A DNA stretch of 32,402 nt from Candidatus Delongbacteria bacterium. Its GTDB lineage: Bacteria; UBA4055. The stretch is taken from the NCBI GenBank assembly GCA_028702975.1, contig JAQVNT010000002.1:1-32402 (forward strand), written 5' to 3'. The notes under the pieces are model-generated. The model was not told the DNA's origin and ran no database searches. It saw only the letters and a list, made by a program, of their open reading frames with translations. Shown here piece after piece: positions 24,571 through 32,402 of the stretch. How positions within the stretch are numbered: position 1 is the stretch's first letter; every line of letters begins with the position of its first letter. Both the position numbers and the translations under genes were made by a program.

Positions 24571-25784
24571 ATTGTTAAATCTAAAACCTTGTTAAAGACT
24601 TCAGCCAGTTTTTCAGTCTGTTTTTTTCGATTGAATTTTTTCTTAAGTTCTTGATTCGGTTTTAAATCACCATTCATGGTTTTTTTAAAGAAGTCAATTA
24701 CTCTGATGTCGTTAAAATTTTCGTCTTCGGTAAAGAAAATTTCAGAAGCCTTATATTTTTTTAAAAAATCAGTAAGTTCGTCTTCTTTGTCAACAAAAGC
24801 GATTATCGGCTTATCCAGTGCAAGATAATCAAACATTTTAAGCGGAAATGCAGAACTCTCTCCGTAATTGGTTAAAAGTATCAGACCTATATCGCAGTCA
24901 TTTATGATATCATAGCTTTTTTTAAGGGGTAAATATCCTGTAAATGTTGTAATTTCTTTCAAACCCGGAAAATCCTTAAGCCATTTCTCATTAGATTTGT
25001 CGTCCATGCAAATAAATTCTATTTCATTTATATTAATTGATCCTGATTTTATCAAGCCGGTAAGCATTCGAAAAAATATTTTAGGGTCAGAAATTTTTTT
25101 AAATCTTCCATTATAGCATATCTTCAACTTCTTGGAGTCAGCTTTTTTAATATCATTCGGCAAGTCCATAATGTCAAAGCCATTAAAAATAGGACTTATT
25201 TTTTTATGGATTCTATTTTTAATCAGATCAGTTTTGATTCTTCTTTTAAGAGTTTCATTGACTGTTGTAAGAGCAGAGCAAGAAGAAATTACCTCATAAT
25301 ACATTCTTTTGTTTATAGTGCTGTATTCTTTCTCCTTAAATAAAGGGTAGGTGATCCATTCATCTCTAAAGTCAATAACAAGAGGTATTTTAGATTTTAC
25401 CGAGATTTCTGATGCGATACTGGACATTGAATGAGGCGGGACGGAAACAAATATCAAGTCGATATTTTCTTCTTTAATTATCTTAAGAGCCTGAGGAACT
25501 GCAGTTAATCGCCAGTTAATTATTTTATCAGGCTGGAAGAATTTACTGAACAATTTTTTTAATGTACCGGGAATAAATTTTCCGAAATCAGCGGCGTAAT
25601 AAACTCTACTGTTTATAACATCATTTAAAAAGTTCAGATCCTTTCTTTCAGTTTTATTTTTATTTGTCAGAATAACCGGTTCATACCCGAAACAAGACAG
25701 ATATTTTATGAATTTTGTAACTCTCTGTACATGAGCACCGGCATTGGGTGGAAAATAGTATGAAATTATTAGAACTTTTTTCAC
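24567..25784 (-). CDS. Glycosyltransferase family 4-like (GT-B)
   Basis: The N-terminus KKVLIISYYFPPNAGAHVQRVTKFIKYL..GYEPVILT is typical of GT4 N-domains. The C-terminal half has FPLKMFDYLALDKPIIAF. Confidence 0.6.
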   Translation of the reverse strand: MKKVLIISYYFPPNAGAHVQRVTKFIKYLSCFGYEPVILTNKNKTERKDLNFLNDVINSRVYYAADFGKFIPGTLKKLFSKFFQPDKIINWRLTAVPQALKIIKEENIDLIFVSVPPHSMSSIASEISVKSKIPLVIDFRDEWITYPLFKEKEYSTINKRMYYEVISSCSALTTVNETLKRRIKTDLIKNRIHKKISPIFNGFDIMDLPNDIKKADSKKLKICYNGRFKKISDPKIFFRMLTGLIKSGSININEIEFICMDDKSNEKWLKDFPGLKEITTFTGYLPLKKSYDIINDCDIGLILLTNYGESSAFPLKMFDYLALDKPIIAFVDKEDELTDFLKKYKASEIFFTEDENFNDIRVIDFFKKTMNGDLKPNQELKKKFNRKKQTEKLAEVFNKVLDLTI

Positions 25785-26725
25785 TTTTTTACCAGAATAT
25801 AATTTCTGAATCCACCGATTTGCTTACTGCAATTCAAGTATTTTTCTATGAATGAAAGGAATCTATATCGGAATCTCTCATGCTTATGAAGTTCTCTTTC
25901 TTCCGAAGGTTTACCGGAGTATTGTAGTTTATCTTTCCAGTTCATTTCAGCTATTATTTCTTTCATAACTTCAGGATGTGTCTCTGTAAATACTGCAAGT
26001 CTGTCAAGAGGTCCGTAGTCAAATTCGTTAGATTTGTCTCTATACATTTCTTCGACTCTTTTTTCTCCCTTATGAACCGTGTCTAAAGCTTTTTTCTTAT
26101 TAACCATAAGATTTGGTGGTCTTACCCAGCCATAATGATAGACATAGGCATCGATCAATGCAACTTTAAGCTTAAATGTTCCATCCTGTTGTCTGTAATT
26201 GATACCACCGAAATTAGGTATTCTTCTGAATGACTGAGCCGATTCCCATGAGTGTATCTCAGGATCATTCCTCACTATCCTGATTTCGTGAGGGTACCAG
26301 CCGTGCCCGGCATGATAATGATCGTAATCGCCCCAAAAATGTCTGTATTTAAACAACAGTCCTTCGATTCCTTTGTCATTCAAATACTTTTCGCAATCTG
26401 CTTTTATATTTTTAAGATATTTTTCATGAATGACTTCATCAGCCTGGAGATAAAACAGCCAGTCACCGCTACATGCATTTTTTGCTATATCCGTCTGATG
26501 GGCATTCTCCATTCCTCTAGGGTATTTCTCAAGATCCCATTTTGTGTCTATTATTTTAATTTTAGGATCTCCAATTGAGGCTACTCTCTCCCTTGTATCA
26601 TCATTACCTTCACCGATGGCTATAACAAACTCGTCAACGATAGGTAATATTGATTTGATCATTTCAACGACCGGATAATATAACTTTATTCCGTTTCTAA
26701 CCATAGAGAAGCCGCTAATTTTCAT
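25781..26725 (-). CDS. GT-A fold glycosyltransferase-like protein (GT2-like)
   Basis: It has MVRNGIKLYYPVVEMIKSILPIVDEFVIAIGEGNDDT and LQADEV (DXD-like). The family is recalled only loosely. Confidence 0.45.
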   Translation of the reverse strand: MKISGFSMVRNGIKLYYPVVEMIKSILPIVDEFVIAIGEGNDDTRERVASIGDPKIKIIDTKWDLEKYPRGMENAHQTDIAKNACSGDWLFYLQADEVIHEKYLKNIKADCEKYLNDKGIEGLLFKYRHFWGDYDHYHAGHGWYPHEIRIVRNDPEIHSWESAQSFRRIPNFGGINYRQQDGTFKLKVALIDAYVYHYGWVRPPNLMVNKKKALDTVHKGEKRVEEMYRDKSNEFDYGPLDRLAVFTETHPEVMKEIIAEMNWKDKLQYSGKPSEERELHKHERFRYRFLSFIEKYLNCSKQIGGFRNYILVKK

Positions 26726-26738
26726 CTGAAATATCTCC

Positions 26739-27125
26739 TTATTTCCTGATATCTTCTTTTATTTGAGTAGTTGATATATTGTCTGTTCTTGGCAAATAAA
26801 TAACCTCGCAGTATTTTTTTAAAAAATCAAATTTTCCTTCCCAGTCATTTCCCATTACAAATACATCTACTCCGTTATTTTTTATATCATCGATCTTTTG
26901 TTCCCAATTATTCTCGGGGATGACTTCATCAACAAATTTCAAAGCTGCAACAATTTTTGATCTGTGCTCATAAGGGTAAGTGCAAATTTTACCTTTAAGA
27001 GCATTGAATTCATCAGTCGATACTGCCACGATCAGATAATCACCGTAATATCTTGCTCTTTCAAGAATTCTTAAATGCCCGTAATGGAATAGATCGAATG
27101 TTCCATAAGTAATTACTTTCTTCAT
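26739..27125 (-). CDS. tagD: Glycerol-3-phosphate cytidylyltransferase
   Basis: It has MKKVITYGTFDLFHYGHLRILERAR (HxGH cytidylyltransferase motif), FVMGNDWEGKFDFLK and RTDNISTTQIK (RTxGISTT). The length, 128 aa, is as expected for TagD. Confidence 0.9.
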   Translation of the reverse strand: MKKVITYGTFDLFHYGHLRILERARYYGDYLIVAVSTDEFNALKGKICTYPYEHRSKIVAALKFVDEVIPENNWEQKIDDIKNNGVDVFVMGNDWEGKFDFLKKYCEVIYLPRTDNISTTQIKEDIRK

Positions 27126-27787
27126 TTATTTCTCATCAGAGTATTATTTCTCTTTTCTATAATATCATCGCAAATTGTGTCAATGTCTTTATCGGTGATT
27201 ATTAGCTCACTTTCAGTTCTTTTTATGTTATTCAACCACTCTAAAGGAAATGATTTTATCCTGTATATTAGCATTTCAGGCTGCACGATGCTTTTTTTAT
27301 TCGCTGATTCCAAAATCTGAGCCCAATCGAAAGATTCATTGAATGCTATGCAGAAAAGATCGAAAAAATCTTTCTCTTCATCTCTGCTAAGGATAGCTGA
27401 AATTTTATTCGTAAGGATGTTCTGTATATTATCAACTCTAAAGCCGTTTTTGATAACTGAATTTCCATCACGATAAACTCTATCGTTTACGAAGTCTATC
27501 TGAAGAGTATCGGCCGCTTTGATGCGATGAAAATCACGGGACTGAACCAGCTTTTCTAATTTGATATTATCAGCTTCGAATCTGTCGTAAACCTGTTTTA
27601 AGTATTCCGCAAATAATCCGTCGTCAGGTGCAAAAAGATCAAGATCGTCTGAATAGCGGTAGTTATAATGAAAGCGGTGGAGAGCCGTACCTCCTGTGAG
27701 GTAAAATGAATTATCAAGAGAAAATACGGTTTTTAAAACCTGATCCTGCACTTCGTATAACTCTTTATAGTCTATCTTTTTTCCCAT
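27122..27787 (-). CDS. Nucleotidyltransferase AbiEii/AbiGii (DUF1814) toxin-family protein
   Basis: It has FYLTGGTALHRFHYNYRYSDDLDLF, the signature region of this family. It has a 4-nt ATGA overlap with tagD and a 16-nt overlap with the upstream small gene. Confidence 0.7.
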   Translation of the reverse strand: MGKKIDYKELYEVQDQVLKTVFSLDNSFYLTGGTALHRFHYNYRYSDDLDLFAPDDGLFAEYLKQVYDRFEADNIKLEKLVQSRDFHRIKAADTLQIDFVNDRVYRDGNSVIKNGFRVDNIQNILTNKISAILSRDEEKDFFDLFCIAFNESFDWAQILESANKKSIVQPEMLIYRIKSFPLEWLNNIKRTESELIITDKDIDTICDDIIEKRNNTLMRNK

Positions 27788-28095
27788 TCAAGTGCCTCAA
27801 TTCTGTTATTTTCTCCAAACATAAGATTTCTGAGCACGAGCACATATCTTTCAATGTAGAACATGTTATATGACGGTTTGAATTCATCGAACATCTGTTT
27901 AAGCGTGACTTTATCGAACAGGATATCAAGATCGTAAAGTTTACGCGAGGAATTATGGAGTATTTTTTCAAATAGTTTTTTCTTTAAGCGATTATCATTC
28001 CCGTCAGCGATGTTAATAATTTCGACAGGCGTAATTTTGTAATCCCAGTAACATTCTTCAACGATCCGTTCGATATGTGCAATTTGCAGCTTCAT
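27772..28095 (-). CDS. Small hypothetical protein, positional partner (putative antitoxin) of the AbiEii-family gene
   Basis: A 107-aa ORF. The CYWDYKITPVEI...LFEKIL pattern resembles small proteins I recall upstream of AbiEii genes in Bacteroidota. It is not a canonical AbiEi winged-helix protein. Its ATG directly abuts the msbA-like stop. Confidence 0.45.
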   Translation of the reverse strand: MKLQIAHIERIVEECYWDYKITPVEIINIADGNDNRLKKKLFEKILHNSSRKLYDLDILFDKVTLKQMFDEFKPSYNMFYIERYVLVLRNLMFGENNRIEALEWEKR

Positions 28096-29997
28096 TTACC
28101 TGTCATTCCCGCTGTCGTTGAACTGAATTTCGTACAGCTTTTTATATTTTTCATTGCTTTCAAGCAGATCTTTGTGTTTGCCGACCCCGAGGATCTCGCC
28201 TTTATCTATGACGGCTATCCTGTCTGAGTTCAGGATAGTTGACAGTCTGTGGGCGATCACTATGACAGTTCTGTCCTTTGTAGCCATCTCGATGGCCTTC
28301 TGAACTTTCTGTTCCGCCTCGGAATCCAATGAACTGGTCGCTTCGTCAAAGATCAGGATCGGAGGATCGCCTACAACCGCTCTCGCAATGCACAACCTCT
28401 GCTTCTGTCCTCCGGAAAGGTTCGAGGCTTTCGGGCTGAGCATGGTATTATAACCGTTATCGAGTTTTTCGATAAATTCGTCCGCGTATGCTATTTCTGC
28501 AGCTTTTTTAACATCTTCCAAAGTGATGGTCTTGTTCGAACCGTATCGGATATTGTTCTCCACGGTATCGTTAAAAAGAACAGATTCCTGAGTGACAGTC
28601 CCAAACAGATCGTGCAGATCTTTAAGCTTAATATCTTTGATGTTCACGCCGTCAACAGAAATGGAGCCTTCATTCGGATCATAGAACCTTTCAATAAGGT
28701 TTACAAGTGTCGTTTTGCCCCCTCCGCTAACGCCTACGATGGCAATTTTTTCTCCTTTACTGATCTCGAGGTCAATATTTTTAAGAATCTTCCTTGTATC
28801 GTAACTGAAACTTACATTCTCGATCTTCAGCGAATTATTAAAATCTGACTTACTGACCGGATCTGAAGATTCAATTATGGAAGACTTTGTATTAAGGATC
28901 TCGAATATCCTGTCCATTGACACAAGAGCTCTCCTGATCTCGGTGTAGTATTTGGTAAGCTCCTTCATGGGATGCAGGATCGAAAACACCGCGAACAAAA
29001 ATGCCGAAAAAGCTCCGAAAGTAAGGCCGGCATCATTATCAAGAACAAGCCTCCCGCCTATGAGAAGAACTATCACTCCCGTTATGGTACCGTTAAGTTC
29101 CGATAAAGGCACATTGACTGACTGATACAGGTGTGATTTGATCCATGAAACATAAAAATTATGGTTCTCTTTTCCGAACTTTTCAGCTTCGAGGTCCTCT
29201 TTCGAATAGGATTTAACTATCTTGATGCCGTTAAAAACTTCCTCCATTTTTGAATACAGGCTCGAATAAGTCTTCTGTATCCTCTTGGAATATTTTTTGA
29301 TCTTTGAGCCTATGAACGATATAGAGAAAGCGAAGACGGGGACTATTACCACTATGTAGAGAAAGAGCCTCGGACTTATAAAAAGGGCGATTGATACATA
29401 AATGAAGATCAGCGTGAAATCTCTGAGCGAGCCAAAGAAAGACTGAATGAAGAGATCGCTTACTATGCTCACATCCGAAGTCAGCCTTACCTGCAGGTCC
29501 CCGATCTTATGGTCCTTATAGAAGCTCATGGAAAGGTCGAGATATTTTTTAAAAAGCAGGTTTCTGATGTATTCTATAGTCCTTCCCCGTAAAGATACGA
29601 AAGTGATCTTATTCAGGTAAAAAAACAGATTTTTAGTAATAATAAGGGTTATCATCGAGAAAGAAATAGCCATAAGAAGGAGGTACGGGTCGGTCATGGA
29701 GAGTATATTGCCTATCCCGGAAAGGACTTTGTCATAGAAAGCTCTTTCGAAAATATCAGGGAATGAAGAAGAGGATAATACAAAGTTTACCGATTCACTG
29801 ATTCGGCCAAAAAAAACAGAGAATGTATTTATTTCATCAGAAACTCTTTTTGAGCCGAAGACATAATCGAAAAGCGGGACGGCCATCGTTACGCTAATTC
29901 CGCTGAGTAAGGCGAAGATCAGCATCGTACAAAGACCCGTGATCATCAGCTTCCACTGTTTCAGCATTATTTTGATAAGCTTTTTTATATTACTCAC
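28096..29997 (-). CDS. msbA: ABC exporter, fused permease-ATPase, MsbA-like lipid A/LPS-core flippase
   Basis: A six-TM exporter domain is followed by Walker A (GVSGGGKTT), the signature LSGGQKQRLCIARA, Walker B (ILIFDEATSSLD) and an H-loop (VIAHRL). It is the first gene of the LPS-type operon. The msbA assignment rests on this context. Confidence 0.7.
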   Translation of the reverse strand: MSNIKKLIKIMLKQWKLMITGLCTMLIFALLSGISVTMAVPLFDYVFGSKRVSDEINTFSVFFGRISESVNFVLSSSSFPDIFERAFYDKVLSGIGNILSMTDPYLLLMAISFSMITLIITKNLFFYLNKITFVSLRGRTIEYIRNLLFKKYLDLSMSFYKDHKIGDLQVRLTSDVSIVSDLFIQSFFGSLRDFTLIFIYVSIALFISPRLFLYIVVIVPVFAFSISFIGSKIKKYSKRIQKTYSSLYSKMEEVFNGIKIVKSYSKEDLEAEKFGKENHNFYVSWIKSHLYQSVNVPLSELNGTITGVIVLLIGGRLVLDNDAGLTFGAFSAFLFAVFSILHPMKELTKYYTEIRRALVSMDRIFEILNTKSSIIESSDPVSKSDFNNSLKIENVSFSYDTRKILKNIDLEISKGEKIAIVGVSGGGKTTLVNLIERFYDPNEGSISVDGVNIKDIKLKDLHDLFGTVTQESVLFNDTVENNIRYGSNKTITLEDVKKAAEIAYADEFIEKLDNGYNTMLSPKASNLSGGQKQRLCIARAVVGDPPILIFDEATSSLDSEAEQKVQKAIEMATKDRTVIVIAHRLSTILNSDRIAVIDKGEILGVGKHKDLLESNEKYKKLYEIQFNDSGNDR

Positions 29998-30144
29998 AGC
30001 ACATTTTCCTCAAATAATTGATCAGCGACATATAAATATAATGAATTAGTAGTTTTTAATCAATCGTAATGTTAATCTTAATTGAGTTGATATTTTCCGC
30101 TTTTTCCGGTATATTCTGCAATGTATAATGCGGGGATTGTTCGA

Positions 30145-30972
30145 ATGATAAAAACGAATTACCATATGCACTCAAACTATTCCGACGGGAAAGCCGATCC
30201 TGAAGAATATGTTAAAGCAGCGGTCGAAAAAGGTTTCGTTTCGATAGGCTTTACCGAGCACGGACCGACGAAATTCAAAAAGCACTGGGAGCTCAAGCCT
30301 GAAAGGGTAGGAGAATATTTCAGCGAGATAAAAAGACTTAAGAATAAATATTCTTCAGATATCGAAATTTACTGCGGGCTCGAGCTCGATTTTCTTCCCG
30401 GTGTGGAAAGCAATGATTTTTACGAGCACGACATTGACTACAGGATAGGATCGATACATTATTTTTTCGATGAAGAAGATATTTACGGGGTTGACTGCAA
30501 TTTCGAGGATTTCAAAAAGACGATATTCGATTACTTCAGCGGAGACGTGAAAAAAATGGTCGGCGAATTCTATTCCAGGATCATTCAGATGGTTGAAAAA
30601 TTCCAGCCTGAGATCATAGGGCATTTTGACCTGATCAAGATCAACAATACGCAAAATCAGTTCTTTCACGAAGGCGAGAGCTGGTATGTTTCCGAGGTTA
30701 TGAAAGTTCTCGAGTATATTTCTTCAAAGGGAACGATGCTTGATGTTAACACCGGCGGAATTACGAGAGGTTATCTGACCGAACCTTACCCGAGCGCCTG
30801 GGCGCTTAGGGAAGCAGCGAGACTGAAAATACCCGTCACACTGAACTCCGACGCGCATAGGCCTGAGCATATCGACGGGAACTTCGAGCTGGTGACTCAG
30901 ATATTGAAAGATGCAGGCTACAAGGAAAAAATGATCCTGCTCGGCGGAAAATGGGAGAGCGCAGAGCTATGA
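30145..30972 (+). CDS. PHP-domain histidinol-phosphatase (HisJ) family protein
   Basis: It has NYHMHSNYSDGK, GFTEHGP and NSDAH metal-binding patterns. I prefer ATG 30145 (MIKTNYHMHS) over the track start at 30121. Confidence 0.65.
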   Translation: MIKTNYHMHSNYSDGKADPEEYVKAAVEKGFVSIGFTEHGPTKFKKHWELKPERVGEYFSEIKRLKNKYSSDIEIYCGLELDFLPGVESNDFYEHDIDYRIGSIHYFFDEEDIYGVDCNFEDFKKTIFDYFSGDVKKMVGEFYSRIIQMVEKFQPEIIGHFDLIKINNTQNQFFHEGESWYVSEVMKVLEYISSKGTMLDVNTGGITRGYLTEPYPSAWALREAARLKIPVTLNSDAHRPEHIDGNFELVTQILKDAGYKEKMILLGGKWESAEL

Positions 30973-31244
30973 ACTCGGTACTTATTGCGCTCATACTCGG
31001 AGGCCTTACCGGTTTTTTAGTAAAACAAAGAAAGGCCATACTTAAACATCTCGACAGGATCACATTTTATTCAGTTCTCGCGCTTCTTTTCTTTCTCGGA
31101 TTTTCAGTCGGCGCGAACGATGTCATCGTAAAAAATCTTCACAGTCTCGGTCTCAAGGCTCTTACGCTAAGTATTGCCGCTGTTCTTGGAAGTGTATCGG
31201 CCTCATGGATCGTTTATAGATTTTTCTTTAAGAGCAGAGAATGA
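30969..31244 (+). CDS. LysO/DUF340-family exporter, small N-terminal subunit
   Basis: ATG 30969 forms an ATGA overlap with the upstream stop. The product is about 90 aa with three hydrophobic segments, and it pairs with the next gene as in two-gene DUF340 loci. Confidence 0.5.
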   Translation: MNSVLIALILGGLTGFLVKQRKAILKHLDRITFYSVLALLFFLGFSVGANDVIVKNLHSLGLKALTLSIAAVLGSVSASWIVYRFFFKSRE

Positions 31245-31837
31245 AAAGCAGCATTGTTATAATACTATTCTTTGCGGCGGGAATTATCTCAGGTCTTCTC
31301 ATGAACGGCTCAGATCTTTCTATCGGCAGCGGCATGAGCGATTACGCACTCCATTTTCTGCTTTTCCTGATAGGAATATCCATAGGATCCGATCTTAAAG
31401 TTTTTAAGATAATAAAAAAACTTCATTTTAAAGTGCTGCTCGTGCCTGTTTCAGTGATCATCGGGACGCTTGCGGGTGTTGCCGCCGTATCAAGTTTGAT
31501 ATCGGATGTCACTCTCAACGAATGCCTGGCGGTCGGATCGGGATTCGGCTACTATAGCCTTTCTAGCATATACATAACGGAATTAAGAGGGGAGAGCCTT
31601 GGAGTGATCGCGCTTCTTTCGAACATCATCCGCGAAGTAATTACTCTTATAGCCGCGCCTGTCATGCTTGCCGTCTTCGGTAAACTTGCTCCGATAGCTG
31701 CTGGAGGGGCGACATCGATGGATACTACTTTACCGATCATAACAAGATATTCAGGTAAAGATTACGCTGTCATCTCGATTTTTTCGGGAACGGTACTTAC
31801 TGTGCTCGTTCCGTTCATGGTAACAATGTTCCTTTAG
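31241..31837 (+). CDS. LysO/DUF340-family exporter, large subunit
   Basis: A 198-aa polytopic ORF with GFGYYSLSS and AAGGATSMDTTLP patterns typical of DUF340/YbjE-like proteins. It has an ATGA overlap with the previous gene. Confidence 0.55.
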   Translation: MKSSIVIILFFAAGIISGLLMNGSDLSIGSGMSDYALHFLLFLIGISIGSDLKVFKIIKKLHFKVLLVPVSVIIGTLAGVAAVSSLISDVTLNECLAVGSGFGYYSLSSIYITELRGESLGVIALLSNIIREVITLIAAPVMLAVFGKLAPIAAGGATSMDTTLPIITRYSGKDYAVISIFSGTVLTVLVPFMVTMFL

Positions 31838-32402
31838 TTCTCCGTATGGATCAGTTTTAATTCTACGAATGCCTTTGAATTGAATTTGTCGGGGAATACT
31901 CTTTCTTTTGAGTCTGAATAGTATGGAACGAGTTCATGCATTTTACCGAAAAGAACTTTGATGTTAAGATCAGATATTATCATATTTTCGCCAATTTCAA
32001 ATGCCAGTCTTGAATTCGCTGCTGAATCGTCTTCTCTGATAAAAGTCTGCTCCTGAGTAAATCCGTACTTTGTTACTGGCCTGAGGACGTATTCAGGGTA
32101 TTGCTTAACTGATAGCGGCGAGTTGTAGCTGAAGGCAGGTTTGTTGTCCAGTTCTATTAGAATATTTCCGTCAGTATTGATCAGGAGTCCGGTCGATCCC
32201 CATTCGTCCTGCATATCACCGTAAGGCTGGTAGATCTTCATCTTCCCGCTGAAACCGAGACTGATCCTGTGTTCATTTTGGTCTTTTCCCGTAAAGCTTT
32301 TTTCAAAAGTGAAATAGAAAGTGGAATCAGGCGCAAAATTTACGATGCAGCTGTCCCCGAAAAGCAGAACGATGTTGTCTTCATTATCTTTTACTTTACT
32401 TT
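31834..32402 (-). CDS. Hypothetical protein, 5-prime partial (runs off the window)
   Basis: My translation upstream of the track start (32241) stays open to 32402 (...KVKDNEDNIVLLFGDSCIVNFAPDSTFYFTFEKSFTGKDQNEHRISLGFSGK-MKIYQPYG...). I recognise no family. Confidence 0.5.
   Translation of the reverse strand, partial: SKVKDNEDNIVLLFGDSCIVNFAPDSTFYFTFEKSFTGKDQNEHRISLGFSGKMKIYQPYGDMQDEWGSTGLLINTDGNILIELDNKPAFSYNSPLSVKQYPEYVLRPVTKYGFTQEQTFIREDDSAANSRLAFEIGENMIISDLNIKVLFGKMHELVPYYSDSKERVFPDKFNSKAFVELKLIHTEN

Noticed and set aside
5960-27125. AT-rich block as an integrative element, prophage or transposon
   Set aside because: I could find no integrase, transposase, phage genes, tRNA target or flanking direct/inverted terminal repeats. 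It is reported only as a compositional island.
27765-27971. 68-aa minus-strand ORF overlapping the small AbiEii partner gene
   Set aside because: It is an alternative frame of 27772..28095. That longer ORF is precisely coupled to both neighbours.
147-31740. Remaining short antisense or alternative-frame track ORFs: 147..344, 2417..2623, 4085..4369, 6686..6925, 8675..8881, 11187..11402, 12855..13157, 13879..14115, 14613..14825, 18038..18220, 21976..22206, 22355..22570, 22818..23045, 26252..26578, 28612..28848, 30355..30669, 30836..31063, 31174..31398 and 31552..31740
   Set aside because: Each lies inside a longer ORF that has recognisable family motifs. None has a ribosome-binding site or a plausible composition.
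30951-31837. The two adjacent LysO/DUF340 ORFs as a split pseudogene
   Set aside because: The ATGA-coupled small-plus-large gene arrangement is, to my recollection, a common natural form of this family. Both frames are intact.

Overview
This 32.4-kb window comes from a diderm bacterium. It encodes a GT9 heptosyltransferase, an MsbA-type exporter and a TonB-dependent receptor with a CarboxypepD_reg-like N-terminus. That combination looks FCB-group-like, but taxonomy cannot be fixed from the sequence alone. All family calls are from memory of motifs, not from searches.

Composition falls into three blocks, judged from hand counts of single 60-nt lines: 53% GC at 1021, 18% at 7021, 25% at 20041 and 47% at 29041.

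Block 1 (1-5950, GC in the 40s to low 50s%) is mostly plus-strand. It holds a SIMPL protein, an MFS transporter, a Phd/RelE toxin-antitoxin pair followed 18 nt later by an intact DRB0094/Rnl5-type RNA ligase, a VOC protein and a DUF456 protein. It ends with a convergent TagF-like glycerophosphotransferase gene carrying a single in-frame TAG.

Block 2a (~5960-15160, very AT-rich, plus strand) is an envelope and signalling cluster. It holds a TonB-dependent receptor, an orphan receiver, a COG4705-like membrane protein, an OM beta-barrel, a PAP2 phosphatase, an OmpR-type response regulator with its histidine kinase, and two tandem PepSY-like genes. Five start-proximal copies of an 11-bp-phased (C/T)AGA(A/T)T repeat link these units.

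Block 2b/3 (15164-29997, minus strand) is a 14-gene, translationally coupled LPS-core-type operon. It starts at an msbA-like gene with host-like GC and continues through an AbiEii-family pair, tagD, seven glycosyltransferase-like genes, an LtaS/OpgB-like transferase and a TagF-like gene. It ends in a frameshifted phosphoethanolamine-transferase-like gene.

The right flank (30145-32402) has a PHP histidinol-phosphatase-like gene, a two-gene LysO/DUF340 exporter and a partial hypothetical gene. I saw no rRNA, tRNA, CRISPR array, integrase or transposase.

The most interesting candidates are:
- the repeat-defined two-component regulon;
- glycerol-phosphate (teichoic-acid-like) chemistry wired into a diderm LPS-core operon;
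- the toxin-antitoxin-plus-RNA-ligase trio;
- the AbiEii pair embedded at the composition boundary.
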